Below the pieces are notes generated by a model that was not told the origin of the DNA, did not search any database, and saw only the letters and a list, made by a program, of their open reading frames with translations. Shown here piece by piece: positions 47,468 to 63,968 of a stretch of DNA of 64,000 bases. Each line of letters begins with the position of its first letter. The first letter of the stretch is position 1. Location of the stretch: positions 3,720,001-3,784,000 of the forward strand of contig CM102290.1 in NCBI GenBank assembly GCA_046563655.1, read 5' to 3'. Both the position numbers and the translations under genes were made by a program. The DNA is from Yuukianura sp. NJ FZ-2021 (Eukaryota).

Positions 47468-50073
47468 TCAGTTAATTTCCTCTTTGAGGATTCTTGGAAT
47501 CTGGTGATGCGTCTCTTCATCCTTGGCCTTCACTCGAAGCTCATCATGCGACAAGTAGTCGACCAGTCCTGCTCCAATTGAGTCGCTCAGCACGTTAATT
47601 GTGGTACGAAATCGATCACTTCCAAAAGCATTTTAAAAGTACATCATCAATCATTATAGTTTTTCGTCAAATTTGGTCAAAATCTGAGGGTACCTTTTTA
47701 AAATTTCTAAAAATACTCCATATTTTTGTGAATTCAGGAGTGAAGAGTTTACCTCTCTATCGCTTTCCATTCCCGAGATATGAATTTTTAAAGTTTTTGA
47801 AAATCAAAATAAAATTTTGAAAATTTATATCTCAGGAACGGAAAGCGATAGAGACTTAATCTCTTCGCGAAAAACTTCCAATAAATATGAAGAATTTTTA
47901 CAAATTTTAAAAACTCCGTAATTGAACATTTTCGTCAAATTTTGAAAAACATCATGGACTATAGTCCATGGATTTTTTCGAAATTTGGTCAAAATCTGAG
48001 GGTACCTTTTTAAAATTTCTAAAAATACTCCATATTTTTGTGAATTCAGGAGTGAAGAGTTTACCTCTCTATCGCTTTCCATTCCCGAGATATGAATTTT
48101 TAAAGTTTTTGAAAATCAAAATAAAATTTTGAAAATTTATATCTCAGGAACGGAAAGCGATAGAGACTTAATCTCTTCGCGAAAAACTTCCAATAAATAT
48201 GAAGAATTTTTACAAATTTTAAAAACTCCGTAATTGAACATTTTCGTCAAATTTTGAAAAAAAAACATTATGTAATTTTAACACTTTTGTTTTATATTTT
48301 TAGAGTACTTACACAAGCCAGTCTACCGGGACAATGTACACCATGTATTTGGCTGGAAGTCCGATTGTATTGAGAACCATGACCATTGTGACCAATCCTC
48401 CTTCCGGCACTCCTGCTGCTCCTATACTTGCCGCCGTTGATGTAATGCTGCCGAATGAGAAAAAAATTACGATTTTTCCAACTTTGTTGAACCTATTGCG
48501 CTGCCTCACCTGATTGCCAAGATCGTGCCCATAGAAAGCGGGATATTGTGGACTTGGGAAATGAAGATGGCGGCCACGGCTTCCCAGAGAGCAGTTCCAT
48601 CCATATTGATTGTAGCTCCTGTAAACAATTAAACTTCCCGGTTAAGTGCTGGATGATGCTGGCAAAATGCTGGCAAGATGCTGAATTGAATACCTTACCT
48701 ATGGGCAAAACGAATCGTGAAACTCTGGGGTCAACACCATTTTTTTCCTCAAGACAAGCCATGGTCACTGGAAGTGTAGCGGCACTAAATCGCGGTAAAT
48801 TCGAAATTCAAAGATTTGAAAATACTTGAGAAATGCATTTCGGTTATACCTTGACGCAGTTCCAAAAGCAGTCGCCAATGCTTGTGTCATGTTCATGATG
48901 AATCGGAACGGAAGTGACCGTGTGACAATTCCGTACAGAAATGGAAGCACAATGAAACCATGGATGATCAATCCCATCAACACCGTGACAAAGTACAGGC
49001 CCAAGTTGTCCAGAAGATCCGAAATGTCGGAGGCTTCAATCAATTGAGAAGCCACCAAGAAACAAACTCCAATTGGTGTTAACCTAAACACAAATCATGT
49101 CAAAGGTCAAGTCATGTGAGTCAGAGCAGTTTTCTTAAGAAGAGTTACCACACAACACCCTGAGTTATGATGATCATCGTCTCGGAGAGGCATATGAACA
49201 AATCCAGCAATGGTTGACCTTTGGCCCCCATCTTTCCAAGCGTAACGCCAAAAACTGTTGCAAAGGTCACAAGGCCGAGGATGTTCGTTCCCTCGTAACT
49301 CTCCAACGACATTTCCCAGTTCACCAGCCGCGGAACTGTTCAAAATCAAAGTAAGCAACCATTTTGGACCCTAAAATTCAAATTTTGAACTTACAGTACG
49401 TTCCGTTTTCAAATTTTGTCAAATTTTCAGGCGGTGTCAGCACAGTGTGACTCTACAAGACTCAAATTACTATTGAATGAATTACATTTTTAAGAAAAAT
49501 TGACCAGTTTTTCTCACTTGATACACCGTGGCATGAACCAAGTTGGCTGGAAACATGTTCCTGGAAGTTACAAAATCCCAGTTGAAAATTGGCGCCATTT
49601 TGAATCACTCAAATTTGAATTTCGTACCGAAAGAGATCCATGAGCGTATCGACCGTAGTGGTGTTGAGCTGATCAATCCTCTCTCCAATGTACCTCTTGC
49701 TCAGATGACCTGGATGAACAGCAATGACCAAAATAATGCCCAGAACGACAGCAGAGATTGTCGTGGCCGAAAAAAAAATGGCTGCTCGGAGGCCAATCCT
49801 TCCAGAAATTTTGACATTGAGAGACCCCACGGCTGACACAAGGGAAGACACAATCAAGGGAATCACTACGGCGTTGAGCATGCGCAGAAAAATTTCACCC
49901 AGAAACTTAACATAGGCGCACTCTCGTGGAGTCCATTCTTCTTCACGGGTATTCCGCATAACTGCTCCGATGATGATTCCAAAAACGATGCCCACAACGG
50001 TCAACACGGTCAGTAAATTTTTACCGTTGCAAAAACACATTCGAAAGTTTTCTTTCGTGCAGACGCCTCCCAT
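47468..50073 (-). CDS. Excitatory amino acid transporter (SLC1/DAACS family)
   Basis: [97 protein letters not shown]. Confidence 0.93.
47659..48263. repeat. About two tandem copies (312-bp unit) of the same palindromic satellite as 26830-27795, inverted, in the last EAAT intron
   Basis: AATCTGAGGGTACC at 47681 and 47993; the sequence is the reverse complement of the tan-intron unit. Confidence 0.93.
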
Positions 50074-51838
50074 TTTGAATTCTGAAATTAAAACAAAAAA
50101 AAACGATTTTTGTTCTGGTTCAAAATGTTCTGTTCTTCACATTTCAAAATTTCAAGAATTCGTAAAAACTGATCCTCACCAGTACTATTTGTTTTGAAAG
50201 AGGAGTTCTTTTCAAATGGTTTTGGAAATCACTTTTGACTAAAAAAAATTTAGGTTAAACTAAATTTTTTGTTGAAAACCGACAATTTTTCTTATATTTC
50301 CTTGTTCTTTCATTTAGAAAAAGTTTTTTGAACAAGGAATTTGAAGTATTAGAACAAGATGATTCTTACATTTTATAACGAAAGGCATGAGATGGCAAGC
50401 GAAGAAAAGTTATTTTGGGAATATCTTATTTTTAGGCTTTCATCTTCCTTTTTAACCAACTTTTTTGAAACACGAACTTTTCAAAAACTCTTTCGAAAAA
50501 ACCCTCTTCATCTTCATGCAATTTTTTGAGTTTCGACTTCGCTTTTCAGATGAAGCGATTTCAGATGAAGATGACTGTCACCACATGCCACATTTTGAAA
50601 GAAAAATCAACAAGAAAAATTGAGCGTTTCAAAAGTTTTTACAGACAGAAAATGAAGCTCATGATTTTTTTTTTCTGCAGTGAATTGAATCGTAGCTGGT
50701 CATTAGGGCGAAATCCATAAACGCGAATTCGTCAATTTGGCAACGTCTCAACTTAATGAAACTGGGTTCGAATGGTTAGGTTTTGCATATGCGTGAGTTG
50801 TTTCATTGGAAGCACAGCTCAGTTGATTTCGCGCTTACTGTTTTCGCGCTAATAACCTGGAACCCTTTGAATTACACTGATGAGCGTCAGTATTATTTTG
50901 ATTCAAATACTTTAATTCTTAGTTACGAATTTAATAACTACAGAAAATACCACAGGAAATAGTAACATTACTAGTGTAACTAAAAAAACAGCTCATTGGC
51001 AATTACTAAACTTTCATGATTATATATGTGTAATATACTGACCCTCCTCAACAAAATGTTTTACATATTTTTACCAAGTTACACACAATTTGTTCACAGT
51101 TTATATGTTCAAATACTTGTAATAATAATTAGAGCATTATTATATGAGAAATAAACATTTGTCTTCTCTTAATACATAACTCTTTTTTAGCTTAAGTCGA
51201 GTAATTAAGTATTAAGTGTGTTATGTCAAAGGTTAAGTACAATTGTACGGAACGGTGGTGGGTGGTTGGTGAATTTGTAGATTTTCTTTTGGAAAACTAC
51301 ATGTCAATTTTATAATATCTAAAAAAGGAGTTGTTTTTTCATTTAGATAAAACGGAATGCTTGTCCTTAATAACAATGGTGTTTTAACAAATAGTAGAAG
51401 TCGAATCAACACATCATTCAGTGTATAATAGCATTACATGAGAGTTCCACAATTAAACAACATTTAAGTTTTAAGTAATACAACAACAACTATATCGTTA
51501 ATCTTCCTAATATACTCAAGTTAATACTTAGGGTTTCAAAATAGTAGAACGGCGAAACATGGACAGGGGGCACTTCCTTGTCTTCTGTCCACGATCATGA
51601 GAAAACTTAAAACAAATGTAAGTTTTTTTAAAAAAGGGTGAGTGGGTTCGTTTTGTTGTGTAAATGTAGGGTTGAAGGAGCCAGCAGTGACTCAAAGAAC
51701 AATCTTAAGTACTCCGTTCTTTGAGACTAGAAGATCTGGATTAATGCGAGAGGATGATGATGTTGATGGGTCGTCTTTCATTTTAAATGTTGTGAAGTTG
51801 TGACTTGACAGGAACTTCTTCTGTTCTCTGATCCTGCA

Positions 51839-54800
51839 CTAGGGCATGAAGTAGTCAGGATGCTCAGAGTCCTTTTCAAAACGTTTTGCTTCTTCCTGCA
51901 TGCTCTCTTTAATTTTTAGAATGGCAGCAGACTCTGTTTGTTCCTGAAAATGAACGATTGTAAAACGTTTTCAAGGATTCTTCAAAAATGGTGCTGTTAG
52001 ATTGAATTTAGTTGCATTTTGAAAACTTACGTTTTCTGGTGGTCCGAAACTGCCTAAATTATAGTCTGGAATTGATGCTCCGTCGTCTCGCGGTGTACTG
52101 GGACCGTTAGCAGGAGAACTTTTCATGCCATCCATAGCATCTCCATTAAGTACTGGATTCATACCACCAATTGGCATAGGACCATCAGAACCATTTCCCC
52201 CCATTGGAAAATCCTAAGTTCAATTCAACATGTTTTAGACAAATATAATATATTTTGTAACACTTTGTATTCCAGATGCTACCAAGAGACAAATACTTCC
52301 CGAAAATTGAAAAAATTAAGCCTTACCCCTGACATGTTGCCTCCTGGTACAGATTTCATCATTCCATACATCCCCTCTCCTCCTGAATTAGAAGAATCTA
52401 AAATGGTACAGATTCTCATCTTCTCACTTCATAATTCTTTGCTAAATTCCAAAGTGGAGTTGTAGCAATAAATTGGTTTACCTTGTGGACTCTGCATGAT
52501 TGGAGTTCCTGGAGGACCTGACGAAGATCCAGGCGGCCCTCCATAGTTACCAGGCGAAGATGAGTTGTAGTTCATTGGCTATTCAAAATCAAAATCAAAA
52601 CTGTAAATTTGCTGGTACTGGCTTTACTTTAACTCAAACACGCTGACAGTGTTGCTGGATGGATAAAATATTTCTTCCACCAACATCAAAATTGGTGGAA
52701 GTATCTGGAACTATCCATTTACATCCATTTTATCAGCCATTTCTTCCGGATAAAACCGGATGAAATATAATATCTGCTGGACGAAAAGTCAAAAAAGTGG
52801 ATATCCAGCAATACTGCACGCAGACAAGGACTTACGGCATTATTGTTCGGAGCCCACTGTGGACGACCCTGACCTGCCATAGAAATGGGTGGCATTCCCC
52901 CTGGCGGTGGTTGGCCACGCATGGGGTAACCAGGACCCGGCCCTAAAGGCCCCATGCCAGGACGAGGAGGATTCATTCTAGGGCCCATGCCGGACATTCC
53001 GCTCGGTCCTTGACGAGAGGGATGAGATGGATCCATAGGACCTGACATCATCGGTTGTCCCGGTGGCTGCAACACACACAAAGTCAGCAATCAGTTGACA
53101 TGAAACACACTTATTTTTCGGAATTTTGGTAAAATTTCTAAACAAGACTCTTACCCCATTAAATTCGTTTCCCATAGGAAGACGCGGTCTCGGCCCGCCA
53201 GGGAATCGAGGTCCCATGTAATTCTGTCAAAAGAAAAAACGTACGTAGGTAGGTGGTGTCTTGCTCATGAACATGAATAGTAGTTCAAATTAAATTCGTA
53301 ATTTTGGATAAAATTTTTGATTAATTCTGGAGAAAGTAAATTGGAGTTCACAAGGGAAACACATAAGGTTAAAGGAGACATTGGATACAATTGATACACT
53401 GAGACAAGGCACGACATAGACTGAAGTTAGAAGTTAGCTCCAGTTAAGTAATGTCAGTTGACTACAATTTAAATTGTTAAGACAGAGAAAGCAGTCTTGC
53501 ATTTTGAATTACTTGATTCTGTAGCATTTGTGGTGGTGGTGGCTGTGAGTGTGGCGAAGGTTGGGATGATGGATGTGCCGGTGGCGAAGGTCGCATTCCT
53601 GCATTCTAAAAGTACAAAAGTTGCGACTTTTTCAGGGAGCGACCTTTGACTTTAGTAAAAGAAGAAGACAGTAGGCAAGGGCAGCTTAAGAAGCACATTT
53701 AACAATTAAGGGTCATATTGAAATATACCACGGTAGCACAAGATCGACAATGATTCAAGAGGATTCTGTGCGGTTTGAAACGAAGGGAGTCTGTGACATG
53801 AAACTTACCGGAAAGAACCCCGGTGGCATGGGGCCTCCCATGGAGTCCCCTGGTGGCATCTGACTCATTGGACTTGGATTTGGACCACCGCTCTGAAATG
53901 TCAAACAACAAAACAGGCCCACGATAAGCCTATGACAACTTTCTAACTGAAAGAGTAAGCAGTGTTATGCAGAAAGCCAAGATTTTAAGAGACGGAATCC
54001 TTACATGTGAGATTCCGTTGACACCGTATCCAGAATTTACAAAACCCTATTGACAAAAAACGTTTTCAGATTTCCAGTGCGAAGAGATTCAAGATATAAG
54101 TTGTAGTTAGTAAGCTGTAACAGTAAATCCAGTGAAACTGAGTGAAAGTAATTTGGGAATACTAATCATGTTATATCCGTTTACCGTTAGGAAGGTATGG
54201 TTATAAGAAATTGAATGTTGGAAAGTCAACGACGGAAGGATACTTTCGTGTAATAAAAAGTTAAGAGCCCAAATTGCTAGCTTAATTAATAAATTTGAGT
54301 TGTACCTTCTCCCGAAGTATTTGAAATTGCTTAGAATGCATATCAAGAACTTAAAAAATACTGCAAAATACGATAGTATGGACTTACATAGTCGTGAAAG
54401 GCTTTTGCTTCACTAGAATGTTCACATGTGTCCCTTCGTTCAGGAGCCGCACAGTACAAGTCCCAGAATACACTATTCGAATTTGAAAACAAAAAGTTAG
54501 CTCAAATTGTATCCGTTTGTATTAGAAATTGATACAACTTGAAGCATATGAATGTAACAGGACTTACCACCACCACGAGTGAAGAAATCCTGGAGGTTCT
54601 CCTAGCGTTATATTCTTTTCCCATCGTATCTGAAACAAAATTCACAGAATTGAGTTTAGTACCCGGTTGCATGCAGGTAGTGAGTGAATAGCATTGTCAA
54701 TGGTTTGCTCCACCGTGTACCTCTGATAGAAATGTCTGTGCCGCCTTTTGTGCTCCCACATGTAATAAATACTCGTAAACGTACAGGGCTAATCTAGAAA

Positions 54801-54933
54801 TGAAATGGGCAGAAAATGTTAGCAAATTCATCCTTATCACATAACTTCTACCATGAGATGTATTCCGGAAGTCTTACTTTTCTCGTGCTTGGGCATCGGA
54901 GGGTACTGTGGACCCTTTACCCTTGGCGTACAT
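51839..54933 (-). CDS. Ssdp: Single-stranded DNA-binding protein Ssdp/SSBP2-3 (LUFS domain)
   Basis: [80 protein letters not shown]-rich middle; ends [27 protein letters not shown]. Confidence 0.96.
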
Positions 54934-56852
54934 TTCTAAAGTAGCTTGACGAGGAGACTGCTACTCCCGTCCAACACTTCCAAGTTGTTCCTCTTGTACC
55001 TGTGCACATAATACAAATTCGTTAAGACCCAGAACAATTACCAATTTATTATGAAACGGTAAGCTGACTTGAAACCATTGACATTTACCTCAGACGGACC
55101 CAATCCAATGTATTTGAATACCACCCGCAGCAAGTATCGTCCTCCTCCTATCGCTGACTCTACTGTATGGAAATGAATGTGTGACACTGTCACGTCAACC
55201 GTCCATGTACTGTTAGCGTAAATTGAACTACAAAGTGAAAGACATAAAAGCGACGGTTGTGAAGTTGTGATGTGAATTCGCACAGTGCCTGTGCCTAATG
55301 CTACCGACCGATGATACCTGACTACGAGTTCAATGTGGTAAGAGGTATTGATGAGGCCGCCGGAGCAGTTGTCTTTGGGGTCGAAGTGGCTCAATACTCC
55401 AACAGCAACTTACTTGCTGTTCAAGAAGACTTTTTGCAGGTTGCGTTGCGTTGACTCGCACTTTATACCTTTAGGAATCTTCTCTCGATGATCATGAGAT
55501 GACGGGGGATACCTTTATATCTGTAGTATTCGGGATATAAACAAGCGGGAGAGTTTTTAGCAATACCATAAAGATTCTTGGTAGGACGTCTTTACCATAC
55601 CACTACTCCAGTGATGCAAACTCCGCTTCAGCCAACGTTCTAGAAGGTACTAGTAATTACGATATCGAAATTAATCCAGCTACTTAGCTTCGTAGAACAC
55701 CTTACATTCAAAAATGAAACTAACATAAATATGCCTTATTTAAAATTTAAACATTCAATTTTAAATGTAATTTAAAATTAAATGGCGGATTCAAAGGAAC
55801 CGCTTTACATAATTGCCCTCAAACTCCAAGTTCTCAAAACAGCCAAAAACGTTTGAAGTTTCAAATTATAAAAAGCGTCACACTGACATTCCTAGAGTTT
55901 CAAACGTTATGACTTATAAAGTTCGTTTCGCTTATGTACAATGACGGCGTAAGATGTTTGATTAACATTAGCTAAATTTCGTAATTGTGTCGGTTAATAT
56001 TATATTATGCAAAAATCTAAATTAATATAATAATCATTCAACACCTATGAAATGTACAAAATATGCAATTGCATTTACCACAAAATTCCAACTCCACATA
56101 TGCCCGGGTAGCTATTATTCGAGTAATTACGGTATTTAGGCAGAATGTTTAGTAAAAGATGTTGCTTGACTTGACTCTGGTTTTAACCCCAAACGCCATG
56201 TGTAGTGCGCAAGTCCATCCGTAAATACTCTCTCGATAATAATTTAAGACCAAAGAATAATACTAAAAGTCAAATCAAATAGGAACAACACTGTATGCCA
56301 TCCTTCACAAGGTGCATTCCGTACCTCATCTACATGCCAAATGTCAATGACCTTCAAACCGCTCTACTTCGAAAGTCGGACGCTCCGTTTTTAAAATGAT
56401 TTTTATTAGTAAATTCAAAGTCGAAAGGTGATTAAAATGAAGTTAAGGTTATAATGGCAAGGTATAAGGAAGGTAGGTACGTTGTATCAATAGTTAATAA
56501 GTTTAAATCATACTTAATATTTCGATTCCTTTTAAAAAGTGAGGCCATGACACGACACTTGAACAATTTAAATGACAATGTAGAGGATACAAGACAAAGA
56601 TAGAGAAGAACGATTACATTTTACGTTTAAAATTGTTTGTGTATTAGTTTTTAACGAGTATAACGACAACGAAACTATACACTCACATCAAAATGTTCAT
56701 CACCCGCAGACAGTTCGGAACCACTTCCGCTCCCCTACTGTTTTTTTTTGTTGAACATGATTGTGAGGTACAGATTTTATAAAGCGTGTGTGCATTTATA
56801 ATGTGCGTGAGTGAGGAGACACTTAAGAAATTGACATTTGGTTGATGCGGTT

Positions 56853-59071
<2,219 letters not shown>

Positions 59072-62049
59072 TCATTAAACCCTGGAAAAAAAAGTTGAAA
59101 AACAACTATTAAAAGCTGAGTGCGCAATAAAAAAATGTCGTTAGAAATCAATTATTCACCTTCTGATAGTCTTCACTGGCACTCACTAGTCGAAAAGTGG
59201 ACCTTTAGGTGTTCTTTTTCTATCTTCATTACCATTCCATCGCGTCTGGTTTTTCATGGGAGTATTACTTAACATTGGCGTCAGAATTGACAACTCTACG
59301 TTATATACTATGAGAAACTAAATGAAAAAAGCACCTGTTTCATTGCATTATTGCATGGAATATTGTTACAACAAGCTCGATTAAATTATTAAATAATAGC
59401 TCTCTTGTTAACTTTGGCCACAGCACCTTTGGAATCCAAAGTTTGGATGATTTGATAAAAAGTAATTCACAACCTAAAATTGCTTGGAATGTCTACTATC
59501 TAAAGCTGTCAATGGGATTCGGTCTTTTACATCCTACGTCTAAACTACTTGCCAACGTAACCTTTGACCTAGACTATTTTCGAGCGTTAACTTTGTACCG
59601 TAATGTAAGTTCTTAAGTCTGAGATACTTTGTGACAGTATTTGACAACAAAATGAAAGGCTCGTAATATCCTTGTTGAAATTCCTAATTTTATACTAAAA
59701 GAATGCAAGAGACGGAAAGTTATTCCAGTTAAAAGAAACCACTTATAAGAAATACCGTAAAAGAAACTTCCCCACTCCAAAATTGCAATCCAAAATTCCT
59801 CAAGTTACACTGAAAAGCCTCAACAATAATTCTTGTTCTTCCTTCCTCTTTCTTTCTGTTGCGGTCATCATCCAGACTGATTGTTTCCAATGTCTCGATT
59901 GCGTCCGTAGGCTTGATGCAATTTGGACCCACTAAAAGAGACGTAAAAAGTTACACTTGGACATTAACATAACTATTAGTACGGCGTGTGAGTAGGGATT
60001 ACGAAATGGACTTAAATTAATGATATTATTTTTAAACATTACGTATAGTATGTTTTCGCACGAGAGACGATGACGATGTGGTGAAGATGTCGTGGTAAGC
60101 AGGCAGTTGACTGTGTTGTAATCCCTACCTAATAAAGTGACTATGAGATCAAGTTGACAGAGTGTTGTTGTTTGTTGTTGTTGGATTAATTGGAAAGTGA
60201 CTGGATGGAGAGTGCCACTTGGTTTTAGCACCCACTTAAGTACAGAATGAGCCACAAGTTAAGTGTATGAGTGAGTATAACCTTGGAGAGAAGTGTGATA
60301 ATTGTTCCAGTTTAGACTTGGCCCGCCGTCGTCCTTCACTCGCTGCTCTCTCGCGCCGTCTTATCTCTCCACTTATCTCCTCCAAAATTTAGCAACAAAA
60401 ACATCCCAATTCAGTGTCATTTAAATCGCCAGTTGCCAAAGGGCAAAACATACTCAAAATTGCCATTGCACTTTAAAATTGTTTTATGTTTAAAAATGAT
60501 GTCCTAAAAAATAATGAAAATAGTTCTAAATTTAGTTTAAAACCACATTAAAGTATAACAGATTCAATATTTCCACCGTTATTTTACATATTTAAACTAA
60601 TTATAATGTAAGTTTGAGACGTAACCTGGAAATCATAGCTGATTTAATTGTTTTGCATTTGCATTTTGGAATTGCATATTACGTCATATTCTAAACAAAA
60701 ACAGAAAATTGAGTGCTAAAAATGAGGGGTGTGGAAATGAACAAGTAACGAACCCTGTTAAAGTAATTGCCTCCGAGAACCATGTTGCCACTTTTAGATT
60801 GAACCGTTTCGAGAGCTTGAGAGTTTTAATTAGCTTTAACTTCCTCGAAAATTAATGATTACCAGATTTCAGCAATAGCTGCCTTACAAGTTACCTACTA
60901 TGATTCAAACGCTGTTGGCTACACGTTGGTTGACATACTACTCTTTTAGGTATCCAGCTGGTTGCCCTAGGTTATTACCAGGCCAACCGGCCCAGAAGCA
61001 CTCAGGGAAATCGGTGCCTTACTTCAACCGGAGTGTATCTTAAAAAAAAATTGTAGAATGGCAACACTGCAATGGAGTTTTGGTAGAATCGCAGTCAGTG
61101 TGTTTGGTGTTTTGAAACTCTCTCGTTCTTCGACAGAACGAAGGGAAAGAGAAAGTGAGTTTGTTATTATTGTTCGAACGCCAGTAGTAAGCTCAGGAGC
61201 GGAGTAGTGACAGCCTCTAATACTCTTTGTTGTTATTCTCTGAGGCTGTTGCTGATAATTAACTTAACAAAGTTTCCTGTCTTCTGGCATCATAGAATTC
61301 ATTATTCTGGACTCTGACTCTGGACGAAGGCAAAAGGACGAGAGTGAATCAGACATCTTCGACTCCTAACATTGCTAATCAAACTTAATTCCCACTTCTC
61401 ACGGTTCTACCAGAAGCAAGAATCCACCTTTTCCTCGTAAGTACTAATCGATTTGCAGTATTTTAAAGGCTTGAAACGAAAGTTATATTAAAGTTTTTGC
61501 TGTATCTTTTTAGGCCAATGACCAGTGTTAATTTTTGGTGTTCAGGCATTGTCAACGGACTTGTTTGGAAAACGTAGTGAACCAAGAGTAGGAGATTAAT
61601 GTGGAAATGTCTGTTTGACATCTACCGTTTTCTGCATCATCATCCGCCATTTTACGGAAGTTTAATCTGTTGACCTCGGCCAATAGGAAGGAGCTCCCGC
61701 TGTAAGCAATCAGCAATCATTGTCTTCTTCTTCAATTTGAACGTCAACGTAAGTGAGTATCCATGTATGTATGTTTCATTCTCTTACGACGATGGGCTAT
61801 AGGGATTATATGATTTTTTGTTTATATTACTTTTAGAGGAATTGTGACTGGGACTTGACGTTTAATTCGTTTAAGTTTCCGGTTTAGTCAACTTCCGATC
61901 TACTCGACGCAACGATTATGCATGCATCAGCAGAAAATTCGATGATTTTGTGAATTCGATTGTTTCCCAGCGCCATTACCATGCCAAGCGGACATTGAAC
62001 ACAGTATAACTCCGTGAGTGCATCCTGCTCAACTCCAATACTGCTTAAA

Positions 62050-63017
62050 ATGAGTTCAAGCTTGGATTATCAATGGTAAGCACTTTGGAAACAATTTTCT
62101 TAGCTATGGTATAATTCTGCCTCAAATCAGCTAATAACAACCTATTTCCGGCCATCAAACTAAATGTGTAAAATGATTAGCACGGTATGTTTTTGCCAGG
62201 GTTTATGCCATTATGGACTCCTCTCGTGTTTCCACTTTCCTCATCTCAATCCTTTTGATCATCTATGGAAGTTTCAGGTAACTACTAACTGCTTCATTGG
62301 TCATGAAGACGAGAGAAATACATTTTTATGCACGACTTCCTCTCATTGTTTCCCTTTGCCTTTCTTACAGATCTTTAAATATGGAACAAGAAGCTCGTGA
62401 AAGAGAAAATGATGCAGACTCGTCTAAATCCAATCGTTCAAGTTCCAATGAAGCGAGTAAGTTAACTGTCCCATGGCGTTCACTGTGTGAAATCATATCG
62501 GTATTAACGTTTTTTATAGCTCTCTAGGTGTGGTTTTGAGGTTTGGAGAGAGTAAGTTCTAGGGAAATGGGTGAATGTTAATAGCAGAGAGCAAGGAGTA
62601 TTGTGGTTTAGTTCTAGTAAATAATTGATGATGACGATGATTAAGCACATGAAACACGATACGGACAATGGCCTTAGAGTGAAAAATGAAAACATAGCGT
62701 CCTGTTGACATGTTATGTAAAGAGTTGCGGTTGGTGACACCTCATACTTAAAAAGTCCTGACTAATACAATTACCTATATTTATAGTCTACTATTTTCAA
62801 ATCATGCAACATGAACTTTACAAAGGAATTTGATAACATGGATGACAAACATTTCCAAAAGGTGATTCAACTCACTTCTTTGTTATTATTTTTCTAGATG
62901 TACAGACTTTGGATACGATGCAGGCCTTGTGCTTACCGTTGGGAGCCTCCATATCTCTTCTGGTCATGTTCTTCTTCTTTGACTCCATGCAAATGCTATT
63001 CGCCATTTGTACAGCGG
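62050..63017 (+). CDS. SPPL3: Signal peptide peptidase-like 3, 5' part (gene continues past the window end)
   Basis: [34 protein letters not shown] ... [39 protein letters not shown]. Confidence 0.92.
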
Positions 63018-63182
63018 GTAAGTTTTTTGATCTTGGAGAAACGTGAAAGTTTGATTCTTGAATTTATGAAATCACGGGTTCGATACGTCAGAATTTTTCT
63101 GAATGGAATCGGTGCTAAAGCGGTGTTCTTTTGTTACGGTAAAAGAAACGTGTTGAAGGTGATTTATGGGGAGACATACCAG

Positions 63183-63601
63183 CAGGGTGGCTGATTTTTT
63201 TGATTTTTTTCAAAAAAATCAAAAATCATGATTTTTTGATTTAATCAAGATTTTTTTGATTTAAATCAAATATACAATTTTGTACGCCTTAGTCCTAGAA
63301 AAATGTAAATTAAGTTCCAATTTGGATGTAAAAATATTCGTAAATGACACTTCAGCACCTCCCACTCGGAGTTATTCTGATTCCAATGTAAAAATTCAGT
63401 TTTCAGCAAATGAAAAACGATTAGGTGGTGAGGTTTTAGGGAAAATTGCTGAAATTAGGCGAAAATTTGCTCAAAACAGGCAGATTTTGCAACATTTTGT
63501 GTACTTGATTTAATCAATGATTTTTTTCAAAAAAATCAACTGATTTAATCATTGATTAAATCAATGATTTAATCAACTTGATTTAAATCAAAGCCACCCT
63601 G
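63183..63601. mobile_element. hAT-type MITE (419 bp) in an SPPL3 intron
   Basis: TIRs CAGGGTGGCT/AGCCACCCTG, a perfect 8-bp target-site duplication CATACCAG (63175-63182, 63602-63609), and subterminal GATTTAAATC/GATTTTTT repeats. Confidence 0.93.
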
Positions 63602-63868
63602 CATACCAGTACAGTCTGAATTCGTTAACCCGTTAATGTTGTAGTTATGATTCATCAGGTTTTTACTTTTTTTTATCAGTTCTGTACAGTTTATCCCTGA
63701 ATTGATGCTATCCTGAGGAATTGGGGGTTATTTCTCAATACCCGGGGATTTGGGATATTAGGGCTCTGGCGATGTTTTGTTAACGGCGGGTAAACAGTCT
63801 GCGCGAACCCTTAATTTAGTTTAGCTACACCCATCGCATTCCCGAGAATTAGTAGTAAGATGCAATAA

Positions 63869-63968
63869 GGTCAAAAACAATTTGGTCAAAAAGTGAAAAG
63901 GTCAAAAAGTGCGAACCTACTTCTTGTAACTTTTGACATTTTCACTTTTTGATCAAATTATTTTGACC
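63869..63968. repeat. Short inverted repeat (foldback/MITE remnant)
   Basis: GGTCAAAAACAATTTGGTCAAAAAGTGAAAAGGTCAAAAAG is mirrored by CTTTTGACATTTTCACTTTTTGATCAAATTATTTTGACC. Confidence 0.7.

Noticed and set aside
50760..50785. GGTTCGA B-box-like words (also near 63077) suggesting tRNAs
   Set aside because: No cloverleaf or matching T-stem could be formed.
55038..55394. 118-aa minus-strand ORF upstream of Ssdp
   Set aside because: Non-ATG start, crosses apparent 5' UTR splice sites and has no recognisable motif.
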